Virus record (IMG/VR): IMGVR_UViG_3300025087_000057
Source of the DNA: an uncultured virus (IMG/VR IMGVR_UViG_3300025087_000057)
Lineage: Duplodnaviria; Heunggongvirae; Uroviricota; Caudoviricetes
Length of the DNA stretch: 64,000 bases
Strand: one strand, 5' to 3'
Shown: positions 42,743 to 52,799 of the stretch, in pieces
Layout of the letters: every line of letters begins with the position of its first letter
Position numbering within the stretch: position 1 is the stretch's first letter
The notes under the pieces: generated by a model
The model's database searches: none
Told to the model about the DNA's origin: nothing
The model's input: the letters and a program-made list of their open reading frames with translations, nothing else
Program-made: the position numbers and the translations under genes

Positions 42743-45700
42743 AATAGGGACATATAAAAGATGGGGTCATGCCGACTACTTTACCATTGGAGATAGTCTT
42801 TCTGGTGCTAATTACGGTGGATTGGGTCATAAATTTACCGGGAGAGGGAAAGAATTATACGGTATTTATTATGGGTATTACAATATAAACACAGCAAGTA
42901 AAACAACCAGTTATTTAAATTGGTGGTTAGCTTCTGTGACTGGGAGTGGAACCCCTGGTACAATCTTGGGGTCAAGTGGAGCTATTGCATTAGGAACGGA
43001 AGATGCTTGGAATTTTAGAGATATACCGAATAGTGCTGGAACTGGTCATGTTACACTAAATAGTGGTGTAAATTATTGTGTTTATTGTACTCTTGGGGCT
43101 GGATGGGGAACTAAGTCTGCTCATTATACAACATATTTTTGTAAACAACCTTTGGCAAATGGTATTATTCATGTGTCATCTGGGGAAAGTTGGATTGCTA
43201 CTACTGACCCTAACTTTGATGGTATTACAACTCCACCTTATTCACTGTCTCCTACATGGTCAGATAGAAATGCCATGTGGCCGATTATGTGTAGAAATAC
43301 AGATGAATCCCTCTATGGTCACGGATATTTAGATGAATACCAAGTAACTGAATCACAAGTTACGGATTATTTCCCAGTTTTTTATAATGATACCAATCGT
43401 AAGGTTGTCGGGGCTGGCTATTCTTATTGGTATGGAGCCACTAACTTTACTAATGTGGGAGATTTAAGATTTAGAATTATTGAGGGACGAGATAATACCG
43501 ACCCAACTGATATTGTTGGTACGTCATTTACTATTAAACACTCCGCTTATTTTAATAATCTTTCTTCGGCATATGTTTCAACATCGTTAAGTGAAGCATC
43601 AATATACCCGGCTTCTGGTGGAATTTTGCTTGAAGCTGGTAAATGGTATACAGTGGGGTTCTATTCATGCAGTGCTTATCCAACAAGAATAGGGGGGACT
43701 GATGCCCATATTTATTCTCAACTTGCCACTACTTTAACTTATGATAGTGGAAATTCATATGTATACAAAAAATCAACTACCACAAGGAAAACTACTCATG
43801 ATTTTCCTTATTATTTAGAAGTTGAAGATTATTATTCTTTAGCGTCTGTATACGGATATGTTTATTATTCCGATTATACAAAACCAATACAAAATGGACT
43901 AATAGATATATATTATAGTGGAGAACTACAAATGACAACAACATCTGATGCGTCTGGGTATTATGAAGCCATTGCATCAACAGGTGGAATAACTCTTATC
44001 CCAAGGAAATATGATTTTGATTTCAATCCACAATATTATAATATTAATTTACAAAACAAAACAGAACAATTAATTTATGCAAGTAGTCAATCTAAGTGGT
44101 GGAGCTATAGTAGTCCCACTGGGAAGGGTTCTTTATTTGCTTTTAGAGATTTAATATCCTTCACATCAAACCATGGAACAATTCCAAAGGGATACACCGT
44201 TAAAATAGAATTCCCCACTGGATATCAGGAAAGATTTGCCACTTCTGCATATTTTAATGAATCTATTCAACACTCCATGGGACAAGGAATTATTTACTGT
44301 GATGGTAAGATACATGCATGTTATTTGGCTACTGGGGCAGGAGTAAGGGTCGCAACAAAAGACGAAACAACTAAAGAAATAACAGTTAATCGTATTTTTT
44401 CTAAGTCCGGCGTTGCTGTTTGGGATACCCATTACTATCCTAATTTAGTATCTAATAAAAATAATTATATATATGTTGGTGTTGCTGGACATAATTCCGG
44501 TAAATTGGATTTGTTAAAAAGCGTTAATCCAAATGATTTATCTGTAATGGAGTCTTCTGTTGATTTACTTTTTACTGACAATAATGCGTATCCAAGATTT
44601 AGATGTGATAATAATAATTGGATTAATTGTTTATTCAGATGGTATGTTGGTGGTGATGCTGGTCTAAAAATGGTAAGATTTAATGAAGATGTTTCTACGG
44701 TCATCCCAATGGGTTATGTCGCTTATTATGATAATGCTGAGGCTGCGGGAAATGCATCTATTTACATATGTGGTTTTAAAATTGACAGCGATAATGTCAT
44801 TCATTGCGCTTTTAATTATTTTGATAATTATTTAATTAAAAATACCAGTCGTGCGATTGGGTATATGTATAGCCCACCAAACGTAAATGGAATTGCTACT
44901 CCTGGCTATTATTGGTTTAACGCGAAAGGACATACTTGTTCGATATCTACTGGTCATGGATATACTGACCTATCAAGTGTTTTGGGTTTCATGGATGATG
45001 GAGAAAACCCAGAGTACAATCCTTTTGTAATTTATTCTTGGGATAGTTCTCAAACCTATTACAATGCCAAAAAATATTATCACGGAAATACGGAATCCAT
45101 GTTTATTCACCCCAATAAAAGAATAAACAATGGAATTCATAATATTCATATGCCGTATTTTACGTTTCATGCTTATCCTAATATAGATGCTGGTGGAAAT
45201 GATATTAATAGAGAGGTAGAGGGATTTTTGGCATATTATGACCCAGAAAGTGAATTTGCTCAAACCGGAGTTGTTGGTGAAGGATGGGTTGTTAGTACCG
45301 TAACACATACAGCAAAAAGTGTTAATGGAACTGGCCAATTAGCATGGAAGGGTCGACATTGGGGGGGTATGGCTATTGACAATACCCCAGAAATACATAT
45401 TTATGGGTTCATTAAACCTTCTGGAAAAAACTGGTTTGGTGGTGAGTTATGTGAATGGACTTCTGTTGATGATGGTGCAACATGGAAACATAAATTAATT
45501 ACAAATAACTCTGGTTATGGAATTGGAATGTTGTCGGTAAAACCAGATTTTTCAAATGATTCTATAGAATTGGTGTATGGGCGCGGATATGATATTATGT
45601 ATTATTCTGATGTAAAAAAATACGACAGGATAAGAGAAGATGGCGAAGATATAAGGGTAGTTTATTCGGGTGCTTCATCCAATGCGATAGAATTGTCCAG

Positions 45701-45848
45701 ATTAAACGATTTTATGGGAATGACAAATACTAATTTATATTTTACAATACAACACACAATACCAGCGAATACTCAATATGATACTGCTGGTAATTATTAT
45801 ATATACTACGGTAGATATGATACCACAGATGCGAGTGGGCAATTTTAG
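42732..45848 (+). CDS. large virion appendage protein with BNR-repeat propeller and DUF2341-like elements
   Basis: DTHYYPNL, AYPRF, SVDDGATW Asp-box; DGEDIRVVY...YYIYYG. Confidence 0.65.
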   Translation: MRYKIGTYKRWGHADYFTIGDSLSGANYGGLGHKFTGRGKELYGIYYGYYNINTASKTTSYLNWWLASVTGSGTPGTILGSSGAIALGTEDAWNFRDIPNSAGTGHVTLNSGVNYCVYCTLGAGWGTKSAHYTTYFCKQPLANGIIHVSSGESWIATTDPNFDGITTPPYSLSPTWSDRNAMWPIMCRNTDESLYGHGYLDEYQVTESQVTDYFPVFYNDTNRKVVGAGYSYWYGATNFTNVGDLRFRIIEGRDNTDPTDIVGTSFTIKHSAYFNNLSSAYVSTSLSEASIYPASGGILLEAGKWYTVGFYSCSAYPTRIGGTDAHIYSQLATTLTYDSGNSYVYKKSTTTRKTTHDFPYYLEVEDYYSLASVYGYVYYSDYTKPIQNGLIDIYYSGELQMTTTSDASGYYEAIASTGGITLIPRKYDFDFNPQYYNINLQNKTEQLIYASSQSKWWSYSSPTGKGSLFAFRDLISFTSNHGTIPKGYTVKIEFPTGYQERFATSAYFNESIQHSMGQGIIYCDGKIHACYLATGAGVRVATKDETTKEITVNRIFSKSGVAVWDTHYYPNLVSNKNNYIYVGVAGHNSGKLDLLKSVNPNDLSVMESSVDLLFTDNNAYPRFRCDNNNWINCLFRWYVGGDAGLKMVRFNEDVSTVIPMGYVAYYDNAEAAGNASIYICGFKIDSDNVIHCAFNYFDNYLIKNTSRAIGYMYSPPNVNGIATPGYYWFNAKGHTCSISTGHGYTDLSSVLGFMDDGENPEYNPFVIYSWDSSQTYYNAKKYYHGNTESMFIHPNKRINNGIHNIHMPYFTFHAYPNIDAGGNDINREVEGFLAYYDPESEFAQTGVVGEGWVVSTVTHTAKSVNGTGQLAWKGRHWGGMAIDNTPEIHIYGFIKPSGKNWFGGELCEWTSVDDGATWKHKLITNNSGYGIGMLSVKPDFSNDSIELVYGRGYDIMYYSDVKKYDRIREDGEDIRVVYSGASSNAIELSRLNDFMGMTNTNLYFTIQHTIPANTQYDTAGNYYIYYGRYDTTDASGQF

Positions 45849-45856
45849 GAGGGAAT

Positions 45857-46543
45857 ATGGATATAGCATCATCAAACCCACATAATGCAATGGTTTTATT
45901 TGAAAGTTTTGAGGAGTATACTACAGGAAGTACTCCACAGTCATGGAGTGGTGTAAATAATTGGTATGGTGATGGCGACCAGTGCGATTTTTATATTGTT
46001 GATAGTATTGTTGACCATACCAATAAAATATTTTCAGGAGATAAAAGTGTTAGAAGCGTTGCTGGAAGTGCCGATTTAAAACATGATTTAAATTCAGTAT
46101 CTGATGTTGCCGTAAGAGTAGGTATATGGAATGAAGGAGCCTCTAATGTATCTAAAACAGCTATATTAAAATTAGAAAATGATAATGGTAATTATATACA
46201 TTTTGGTTTTAGATTACATCTTACAGAATCAACTGGATATAGATTCAAAAGTAACGCTACTGGAGGTTCATGGCTGGAAGTTGCAAGTGTTAATTCAAAC
46301 TATAAACAGTATCATGAATTAACGATTTATGTAAGTAGTACCAATGGAACAAGCATATGGACGGAAAGTGGTAATTTAATTTTTTCAAATATTGATTCAG
46401 AACAAATGACTATTGGATACGGGAAGATGGATTTACATACAATTACCAGTGTCGCTCTTAGTGATAGCGGCAGTAATGGTATTTTTGATTTTTTAAGAAT
46501 TTATAAAACATTCTCAACACCCAATCCATTTCAGGTAATATAG
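45857..46543 (+). CDS. lectin/beta-sandwich virion protein candidate
   Basis: LFESFE...FDFLRIYK pattern. Confidence 0.5.
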   Translation: MDIASSNPHNAMVLFESFEEYTTGSTPQSWSGVNNWYGDGDQCDFYIVDSIVDHTNKIFSGDKSVRSVAGSADLKHDLNSVSDVAVRVGIWNEGASNVSKTAILKLENDNGNYIHFGFRLHLTESTGYRFKSNATGGSWLEVASVNSNYKQYHELTIYVSSTNGTSIWTESGNLIFSNIDSEQMTIGYGKMDLHTITSVALSDSGSNGIFDFLRIYKTFSTPNPFQVI

Positions 46544-46544
46544 A

Positions 46545-49325
46545 ATGTCTGATTCTTTTGTTAATAAAATAGACAGAATAGGACTCAATAAAGGGTTTAT
46601 TATCAAGACACAAATTCTTGGTAATAGAGAAAAAACTTTTGTACTTAACACCACAATTGCGTCAGGGAAGAGTGATAAAAGATTTATTGTCTATAAAACA
46701 AAAGATATTTCAAATAATTATAGTAATATAATATTCCTTTCGAGATATTTTTCAAGTACAACAAGAAATATTATCAATGTAACAAAAGATTTTATATATA
46801 CCGATAAAGATATTATATTCTGGGGACAGGAAAGATTAGATTCCTCGGTATTTTCTATATTTATTTCAAATGATATTTCAAATACAACAAGGTCTATTTC
46901 CCATCATGGTTATGATATATCGACAGATACAAGACAGTTGATTTATCATACCAAAAATATTGATTACTCGAATCGTGATTTAATTTTTAATACAAAAGAT
47001 ATATCGAGTATTACAAATGATATCATTTATCATGGTTTTGATATTTATTCAGTAACGCGTAATGTTATATTTAATTCGTTTTATATTACCAATTCTTCAA
47101 AAGATATTATATTTTATGCCAAAGATATATCAAACACAAATCGTTCTGTAATATTTTTATCATCAGACCATTGTGATGATAGTAGAAGTGTTTTATTCTT
47201 ATCAAACGACCATATAAATACATCAAGACAAATTATTCATCATGGATTTGATGTTGAAAATACCACACGAAGTATTGTTAATTTAACAAAAGACTATGAA
47301 TCAGCTAATCGTAATGTTATATCGTTAACTAACGATTTTATCAATACCAATAGAAATATAATTCACCATAGTTTTGATGTAGATTATAAAACTGCTGATA
47401 TCATATTCGGCTGTTTCTATCGTAATTCGGTTAATAGAAGCCTGATATTTAATGTAAAAGATATTTCGGAATCTATTAAATCTACTATATTCGCAACAAA
47501 AGACTATGTAATATCGACAAGAAATGTGTCATTCTTGTCAAATGATATCGTTAACACAACCATAAATATTATCAATTTAACCAGTGATTACAAATCTTCG
47601 ATATCTCAGGTAATATTTACATCAAATTATCATTTGTCGACAACAAGAGATATTATATTTAAAACAAAAGATATCAAATCTTCTAATATAAATGTTATTT
47701 ATCACACTAAAGACGATGTTAATTCATCATGTTCAATTTCTTTTATATGTAGATATAATTATGGCACAACAAGACCGTTAATATTCTTGTCGAAAGATGT
47801 TTATAGCGAGACAAGAAGTATAATTTACCTATCTAACGATTACATTACATCAACTAAAAATGTAATTTATCTGTCTAATGATATTGAATCAAGGAATATT
47901 TCAATTATATCCAAGGTTCAGGACGTTGAATTATCTTCTCGAAACATAATCTTTATATGTAGATATACCTATGGTAATGCCAGTTCAATGGTATTTGCCA
48001 CAAAAGACAAACTGTCATCACTTAAAAATATTGTGTACATATCAAATGATTATATATCAGATTCGCGTAGTATTATTTATAAGACAAAGGATGTTAGGTC
48101 TGGAATTAGTGATGTCATTTATCTTACGAAGGACTACAAAAATACATCAAGAAATCTTATTTATAATTCAAAAAGTAGTGTTTTTTCGACAAGAAACATT
48201 GTCTATAAAACTGGCGATATTGAATCACAAAGTGTTTCAGTTATATCTAAAGTTAAAGATATTGAATCGTCAACCAAAAATATAATATTTATATGTAGAT
48301 ATACAAGTAACGATAACCGTTCATTAATATTTCGTGCCAAGGATACATCATTATCACCAAGAAATATTGTTTATGTGTCAAATGACTATATTTCAAGTTC
48401 AAGTGATATTATTTATAGGACAAGCGATACTAAATATGAAACAGCAAATGTTATTTATACTACAAAAGATTATATAACGTCATCGATAGGTATTATATAT
48501 AGTTCAATAAGTGGTGTTTCTGCGACAAGGAATATTATTTATAGAACCTGCAATACAGACTACGAAACAATAGCCGTTATATATAAGTCATATGATTTAC
48601 TTAATGCATCAAGGTTTATTATTTATATCTCTTCATACGTTTATGGTGAATCAAGAGATATTATATTTAAATCACATGAGCCATTAACAACAACACGAAG
48701 TATCGTTTTTAATCAAAAAGACTTAAGTGGTGTTTCTCGAAGCATTATTTATATATCTGGATATACGGAATCTAATACTGTTGGAATTATTTTCAAAACA
48801 AAAGATTTCCAAGATTCAGATAGAAGTATTATTTATATCACAAGAGACATAAATAATGTTTCAAGAAATATTATTTTCACATCTGGAAGTCTATATAACA
48901 CAACAAGATACACAATATTTAAGGGAATGGATTATATAAGCACAACAAGAGTGATTACATTCTTAGTTAAAGATTATCTATCAGAGACACTTGAAATTAT
49001 TTTCAATACCTATGATTTATACAATACCGACAGACAATTTATTTTCATTACAGGTGATGTAAATTATTCTGATAGATATATCATATTCAATTGTGGTGGT
49101 ACAGATGTACAAAGATATGTTATCTTTAAGTGTATTTACTATGGAGCCGGAGGTGGTGAAATAGTCGATTATACAACCGATACTCCGTATATAAGACCAC
49201 ATAAACAAATTAAGAAAATAATTGAACATATAGACATACATAATACGATGGATACCTATCCATACGAACCGAAAGTTCCATCAATAACAAAACACATTAG
49301 AATAGAGGATTTGATAGATGAATAG
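46545..49325 (+). CDS. 14-aa repeat fibrous protein
   Basis: More than 50 repeats of approximately [TS]R[NS]II[FY]xxKDxxxx. Confidence 0.75.
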   Translation: MSDSFVNKIDRIGLNKGFIIKTQILGNREKTFVLNTTIASGKSDKRFIVYKTKDISNNYSNIIFLSRYFSSTTRNIINVTKDFIYTDKDIIFWGQERLDSSVFSIFISNDISNTTRSISHHGYDISTDTRQLIYHTKNIDYSNRDLIFNTKDISSITNDIIYHGFDIYSVTRNVIFNSFYITNSSKDIIFYAKDISNTNRSVIFLSSDHCDDSRSVLFLSNDHINTSRQIIHHGFDVENTTRSIVNLTKDYESANRNVISLTNDFINTNRNIIHHSFDVDYKTADIIFGCFYRNSVNRSLIFNVKDISESIKSTIFATKDYVISTRNVSFLSNDIVNTTINIINLTSDYKSSISQVIFTSNYHLSTTRDIIFKTKDIKSSNINVIYHTKDDVNSSCSISFICRYNYGTTRPLIFLSKDVYSETRSIIYLSNDYITSTKNVIYLSNDIESRNISIISKVQDVELSSRNIIFICRYTYGNASSMVFATKDKLSSLKNIVYISNDYISDSRSIIYKTKDVRSGISDVIYLTKDYKNTSRNLIYNSKSSVFSTRNIVYKTGDIESQSVSVISKVKDIESSTKNIIFICRYTSNDNRSLIFRAKDTSLSPRNIVYVSNDYISSSSDIIYRTSDTKYETANVIYTTKDYITSSIGIIYSSISGVSATRNIIYRTCNTDYETIAVIYKSYDLLNASRFIIYISSYVYGESRDIIFKSHEPLTTTRSIVFNQKDLSGVSRSIIYISGYTESNTVGIIFKTKDFQDSDRSIIYITRDINNVSRNIIFTSGSLYNTTRYTIFKGMDYISTTRVITFLVKDYLSETLEIIFNTYDLYNTDRQFIFITGDVNYSDRYIIFNCGGTDVQRYVIFKCIYYGAGGGEIVDYTTDTPYIRPHKQIKKIIEHIDIHNTMDTYPYEPKVPSITKHIRIEDLIDE

Positions 49326-52300
49326 ATATATTTTTATAATTATAATGGTGATGGTTTTATCAACTACATCACATTCATACCCCACATTTACAAAATTTTA
49401 CGAAAGACCAGACACAACCTATATAACATCTTTGCCTTATACAATAAGCCAAAGTAATAGATGTTATGTTGTTGATGGAAGCCTAAGAAGCACCTCCCCT
49501 GGTGCTGCAATTACAATAAGTGGAGCATATAATATTTTACTTACCGGAAGTGACAGTGTTACTATCGATACTATATATGTTGGCATAGGAGCGTCCAATC
49601 AAGCATATGACAGTACCGACGGGATAAGAATAATGACAAATGCAGATGGGATAACAATTAGATATTTAGCAGTTGTAAATGATGGTTGTTTGGGTGATAC
49701 TAATAGTTATGCAGATACAGCATTCGCAACATCTGCGATTGATGCGACATCAAGTGATTCATTATTTATGACTAATTGTTATTTTGAATCAAATGGATGG
49801 AGTGCATTAATGAGGCATGACCCCGCATATCCGTTGGATAGTGCCAAATATTTAGCAAGATTTGGAATTATAGCTCCAACCATTGATTTGAATGGATGTT
49901 ATAATGTTGTGATGGAAAGTTGTGTTGTTGATGGCAACCAAATGGGTATGGAGAGAAGAGATTATTATGAAATGTCGGCGATTTCTGTGGAGGTTACTCC
50001 ATTAGCTAATTTTGGTATAGGGGATTCATCTTTGTATATCACTAATTGCAGGGTATTTTCAAGAAATGTTGGTATTTCATATGGAAAATGGGGAAGCTAT
50101 AGTTCATTATTGTCGGCTAAAGACTGTTATTTCGAAACCGATGAATTAAACGAAATTAGACCGCACTTTATGCATGATTCATCTAACATGTATTGTGGAA
50201 ATGCAAACTCTTTTAATATAGTAATGTACGGTTCCGCATCTGGATATATAAGAGGATGTACTCTTGTTTGTGGAGATAGTTTAGCTGGTGCAAATGGAGG
50301 AATTATGGCAGAGGGAAGTCCCACTGATGTGGGAAGCCTTGATAGTGCTTTAATAATAGAAGATTGTGTTATACGTTTAAACCATGGATATGATACACGT
50401 TATGGTACTGGAATTAATGCCAAGGCAATTAAATTCAGGCAACAAAATGTTGACAATTTATGGATTATAATGAGAAATAATAAAATATATGGGTATACAA
50501 GTTATACAAACGATACCGGTAATCCAACAGGATATGGTCCTATCGTTACAGCAGTATACGCAGATACCAGATTTACAAAAGGATATTTTTTATTTGAGAA
50601 TAACCTAATAAGAGTAATGACATTAGATACTAATCTTTTTACGGTAGATGCTGCTTACGGAGAGGCTCGATGGCCGAGAGTCAGTGCCTATACTTTTGTG
50701 GGTGGTTCTACGTGGGGAGGTATTACTTTTGAGTTTAAAAATAACAGAATAGAAACAAATGGTGCTTATGTTATTTTCGGTGCTTATGATGCTACCATGT
50801 CTGGGCTATCGGAAGCTCTTCAGGGAGATACTATTCAATTGTTAACCAATAGCGATACCGGAGAGGCAAGAGATATGTGGCCCGCTTTAGTAGCATTTTG
50901 GGATGAAAATACCGCTAATGCAAGCTATGATAATGTTGTTCTTGACGCTTATATTGTCCCCCCACACGACACTCTTTGGCACTCCGTTGTATTCAGGTCT
51001 GGAATTCCACAACCAATGGATGTAACATTTAAGAAAACATTTATATTGACATGTATTGGACCCACTGGCGATTCTCTTGAAAATATCCAAGTCTATTGTA
51101 TAGATGCACAGGGAGATACGGTTATTGACGCATTGACCAACGCCAATGGTCAAGTAATAGATACGGTTAATACATATTATGACCAGGATAACAGAAGTCC
51201 GTTAGTAGATATAAATTATAATCCATTCATATTTAAGGCAATTGGTTCTACCTCAGAGGTAACTATTAATCTTGATTTAGATACAAATTCAAATGTTAGT
51301 AATATAAATTTGAATTTTTCTGCATATTCAATCATGTATGAACATACATCAATTTATGAATATTTGATGACAGATAGTTATACTCCATATACAACTGGAA
51401 TAAAAACAAGATTAGACAGTTTGGGTAATGCCCATAGCACAACACTAAGAATGTGGGATTATCGAACAAATACCGCATCGACATATTCTTGGGCTGGATG
51501 GAGAACCGCACGATTTGATAGTACATCAAGTCATCAACATGGATGGATGAAACCACAGCCAAACAATGATTGTTATAATTTTTCTGGTAATAATATGTTT
51601 ATTGAACATATTAATACATATTTTTGGAATATAGGGATGTCAAAAGACAGCATTAAGGGTGGATTTTTGCTTGTTGATACAGTTAAAGACGAGGTTGAGG
51701 ATACTCTTATAGATATTACTGATTTTGATATGTTAATTTTTGGATTTGGCCCACCTATATGGTGTGGTGAAAATGACGGTGATGACCAAATGTCTGCGGC
51801 TAATATAGCCACAAAAAGAACAGAAGCATTCAAATGGAGAGATTCTGCGTTAAATTACCCTGATATCCAATTTGTATATGAACTGCCAAATCCTATTATG
51901 TATGGTACTACAGAAGGAAACAGAATGAGCGAAACTGAAATAGAAAATCAGTTTTGGTTCAACACATTTTGGTTAGACACACTTGAGGATACTGCTAATT
52001 ACCCTAATTTTCATACAATATCACTTTTTGATATTTTGGTTGAAAAAAGTCAAGATAGCACTAAATATGGTTTTATAAAAACTATATATGAAAATAATGC
52101 TTATCATCCAAATGCTGTTGCTGGTGATACCGCTAAAGAATATATGATTGATATGTGGTTACCAGAAATAATATTCACAGAAGGAGAAACTCCTTCTCCA
52201 ACATACGACCAAACTTTAACAATTATTGATACCAGTGAGACATTTTTTACTGTTCAAGATATTTATACTGGAACAGTAGATTCGTTAAAAATATTTTGGG

Positions 52301-52791
52301 ATACCGATTCTGATGTATTCGATGGCAGTAGTTATCTCGATGAAACATCTTTATCAACTCCAGATACATTATTTGCGACATCATTAATTGTAAATACTCA
52401 ATATTATTTCAGAGTTCTATTGTTTGATGGAGCAGTAACAGATACTTCGTCCTTGGGAAATATAACAACCCATGTTTACGACCAGACGATAACTATAATA
52501 GATACAACAAATTCGACTTTTAAAATACAAGATGCTTATACTGGTATAGCCGATTCTCTCGTATTATATTATGACACAGATAGTTCTGTGTATAATGGAA
52601 GTACCAAAAAAGACATAACAACATTGGAGACACCGGATACACTAACGGCCACTGGTTTAATACAAAACACAAAATATTATTTAAGGGTAATGTTGTTTGT
52701 TGCTCCTATTGTAGACACATCGGCAATAGATAGTGTTACCACTTTGGATATAGAATCAACAACAAGATATTTATTAAAACTTAAAAAATAG
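49318..52791 (+). CDS. secreted multidomain protein (beta-helix, alpha/beta domain, two FN3-like repeats)
   Basis: Signal peptide; pectin-lyase-like repeats (TNCYF, TNCRV, RGCTL, ENNLI); HPN motif; two C-terminal YY(F/L)RV repeats. Confidence 0.7.
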   Translation: MNRYIFIIIMVMVLSTTSHSYPTFTKFYERPDTTYITSLPYTISQSNRCYVVDGSLRSTSPGAAITISGAYNILLTGSDSVTIDTIYVGIGASNQAYDSTDGIRIMTNADGITIRYLAVVNDGCLGDTNSYADTAFATSAIDATSSDSLFMTNCYFESNGWSALMRHDPAYPLDSAKYLARFGIIAPTIDLNGCYNVVMESCVVDGNQMGMERRDYYEMSAISVEVTPLANFGIGDSSLYITNCRVFSRNVGISYGKWGSYSSLLSAKDCYFETDELNEIRPHFMHDSSNMYCGNANSFNIVMYGSASGYIRGCTLVCGDSLAGANGGIMAEGSPTDVGSLDSALIIEDCVIRLNHGYDTRYGTGINAKAIKFRQQNVDNLWIIMRNNKIYGYTSYTNDTGNPTGYGPIVTAVYADTRFTKGYFLFENNLIRVMTLDTNLFTVDAAYGEARWPRVSAYTFVGGSTWGGITFEFKNNRIETNGAYVIFGAYDATMSGLSEALQGDTIQLLTNSDTGEARDMWPALVAFWDENTANASYDNVVLDAYIVPPHDTLWHSVVFRSGIPQPMDVTFKKTFILTCIGPTGDSLENIQVYCIDAQGDTVIDALTNANGQVIDTVNTYYDQDNRSPLVDINYNPFIFKAIGSTSEVTINLDLDTNSNVSNINLNFSAYSIMYEHTSIYEYLMTDSYTPYTTGIKTRLDSLGNAHSTTLRMWDYRTNTASTYSWAGWRTARFDSTSSHQHGWMKPQPNNDCYNFSGNNMFIEHINTYFWNIGMSKDSIKGGFLLVDTVKDEVEDTLIDITDFDMLIFGFGPPIWCGENDGDDQMSAANIATKRTEAFKWRDSALNYPDIQFVYELPNPIMYGTTEGNRMSETEIENQFWFNTFWLDTLEDTANYPNFHTISLFDILVEKSQDSTKYGFIKTIYENNAYHPNAVAGDTAKEYMIDMWLPEIIFTEGETPSPTYDQTLTIIDTSETFFTVQDIYTGTVDSLKIFWDTDSDVFDGSSYLDETSLSTPDTLFATSLIVNTQYYFRVLLFDGAVTDTSSLGNITTHVYDQTITIIDTTNSTFKIQDAYTGIADSLVLYYDTDSSVYNGSTKKDITTLETPDTLTATGLIQNTKYYLRVMLFVAPIVDTSAIDSVTTLDIESTTRYLLKLKK

Positions 52792-52799
52792 GAGAAAAA

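Noticed and set aside
45846..46547. TAG readthrough fusing consecutive structural genes
   Set aside because: The downstream ORFs are in different frames and have their own start codons
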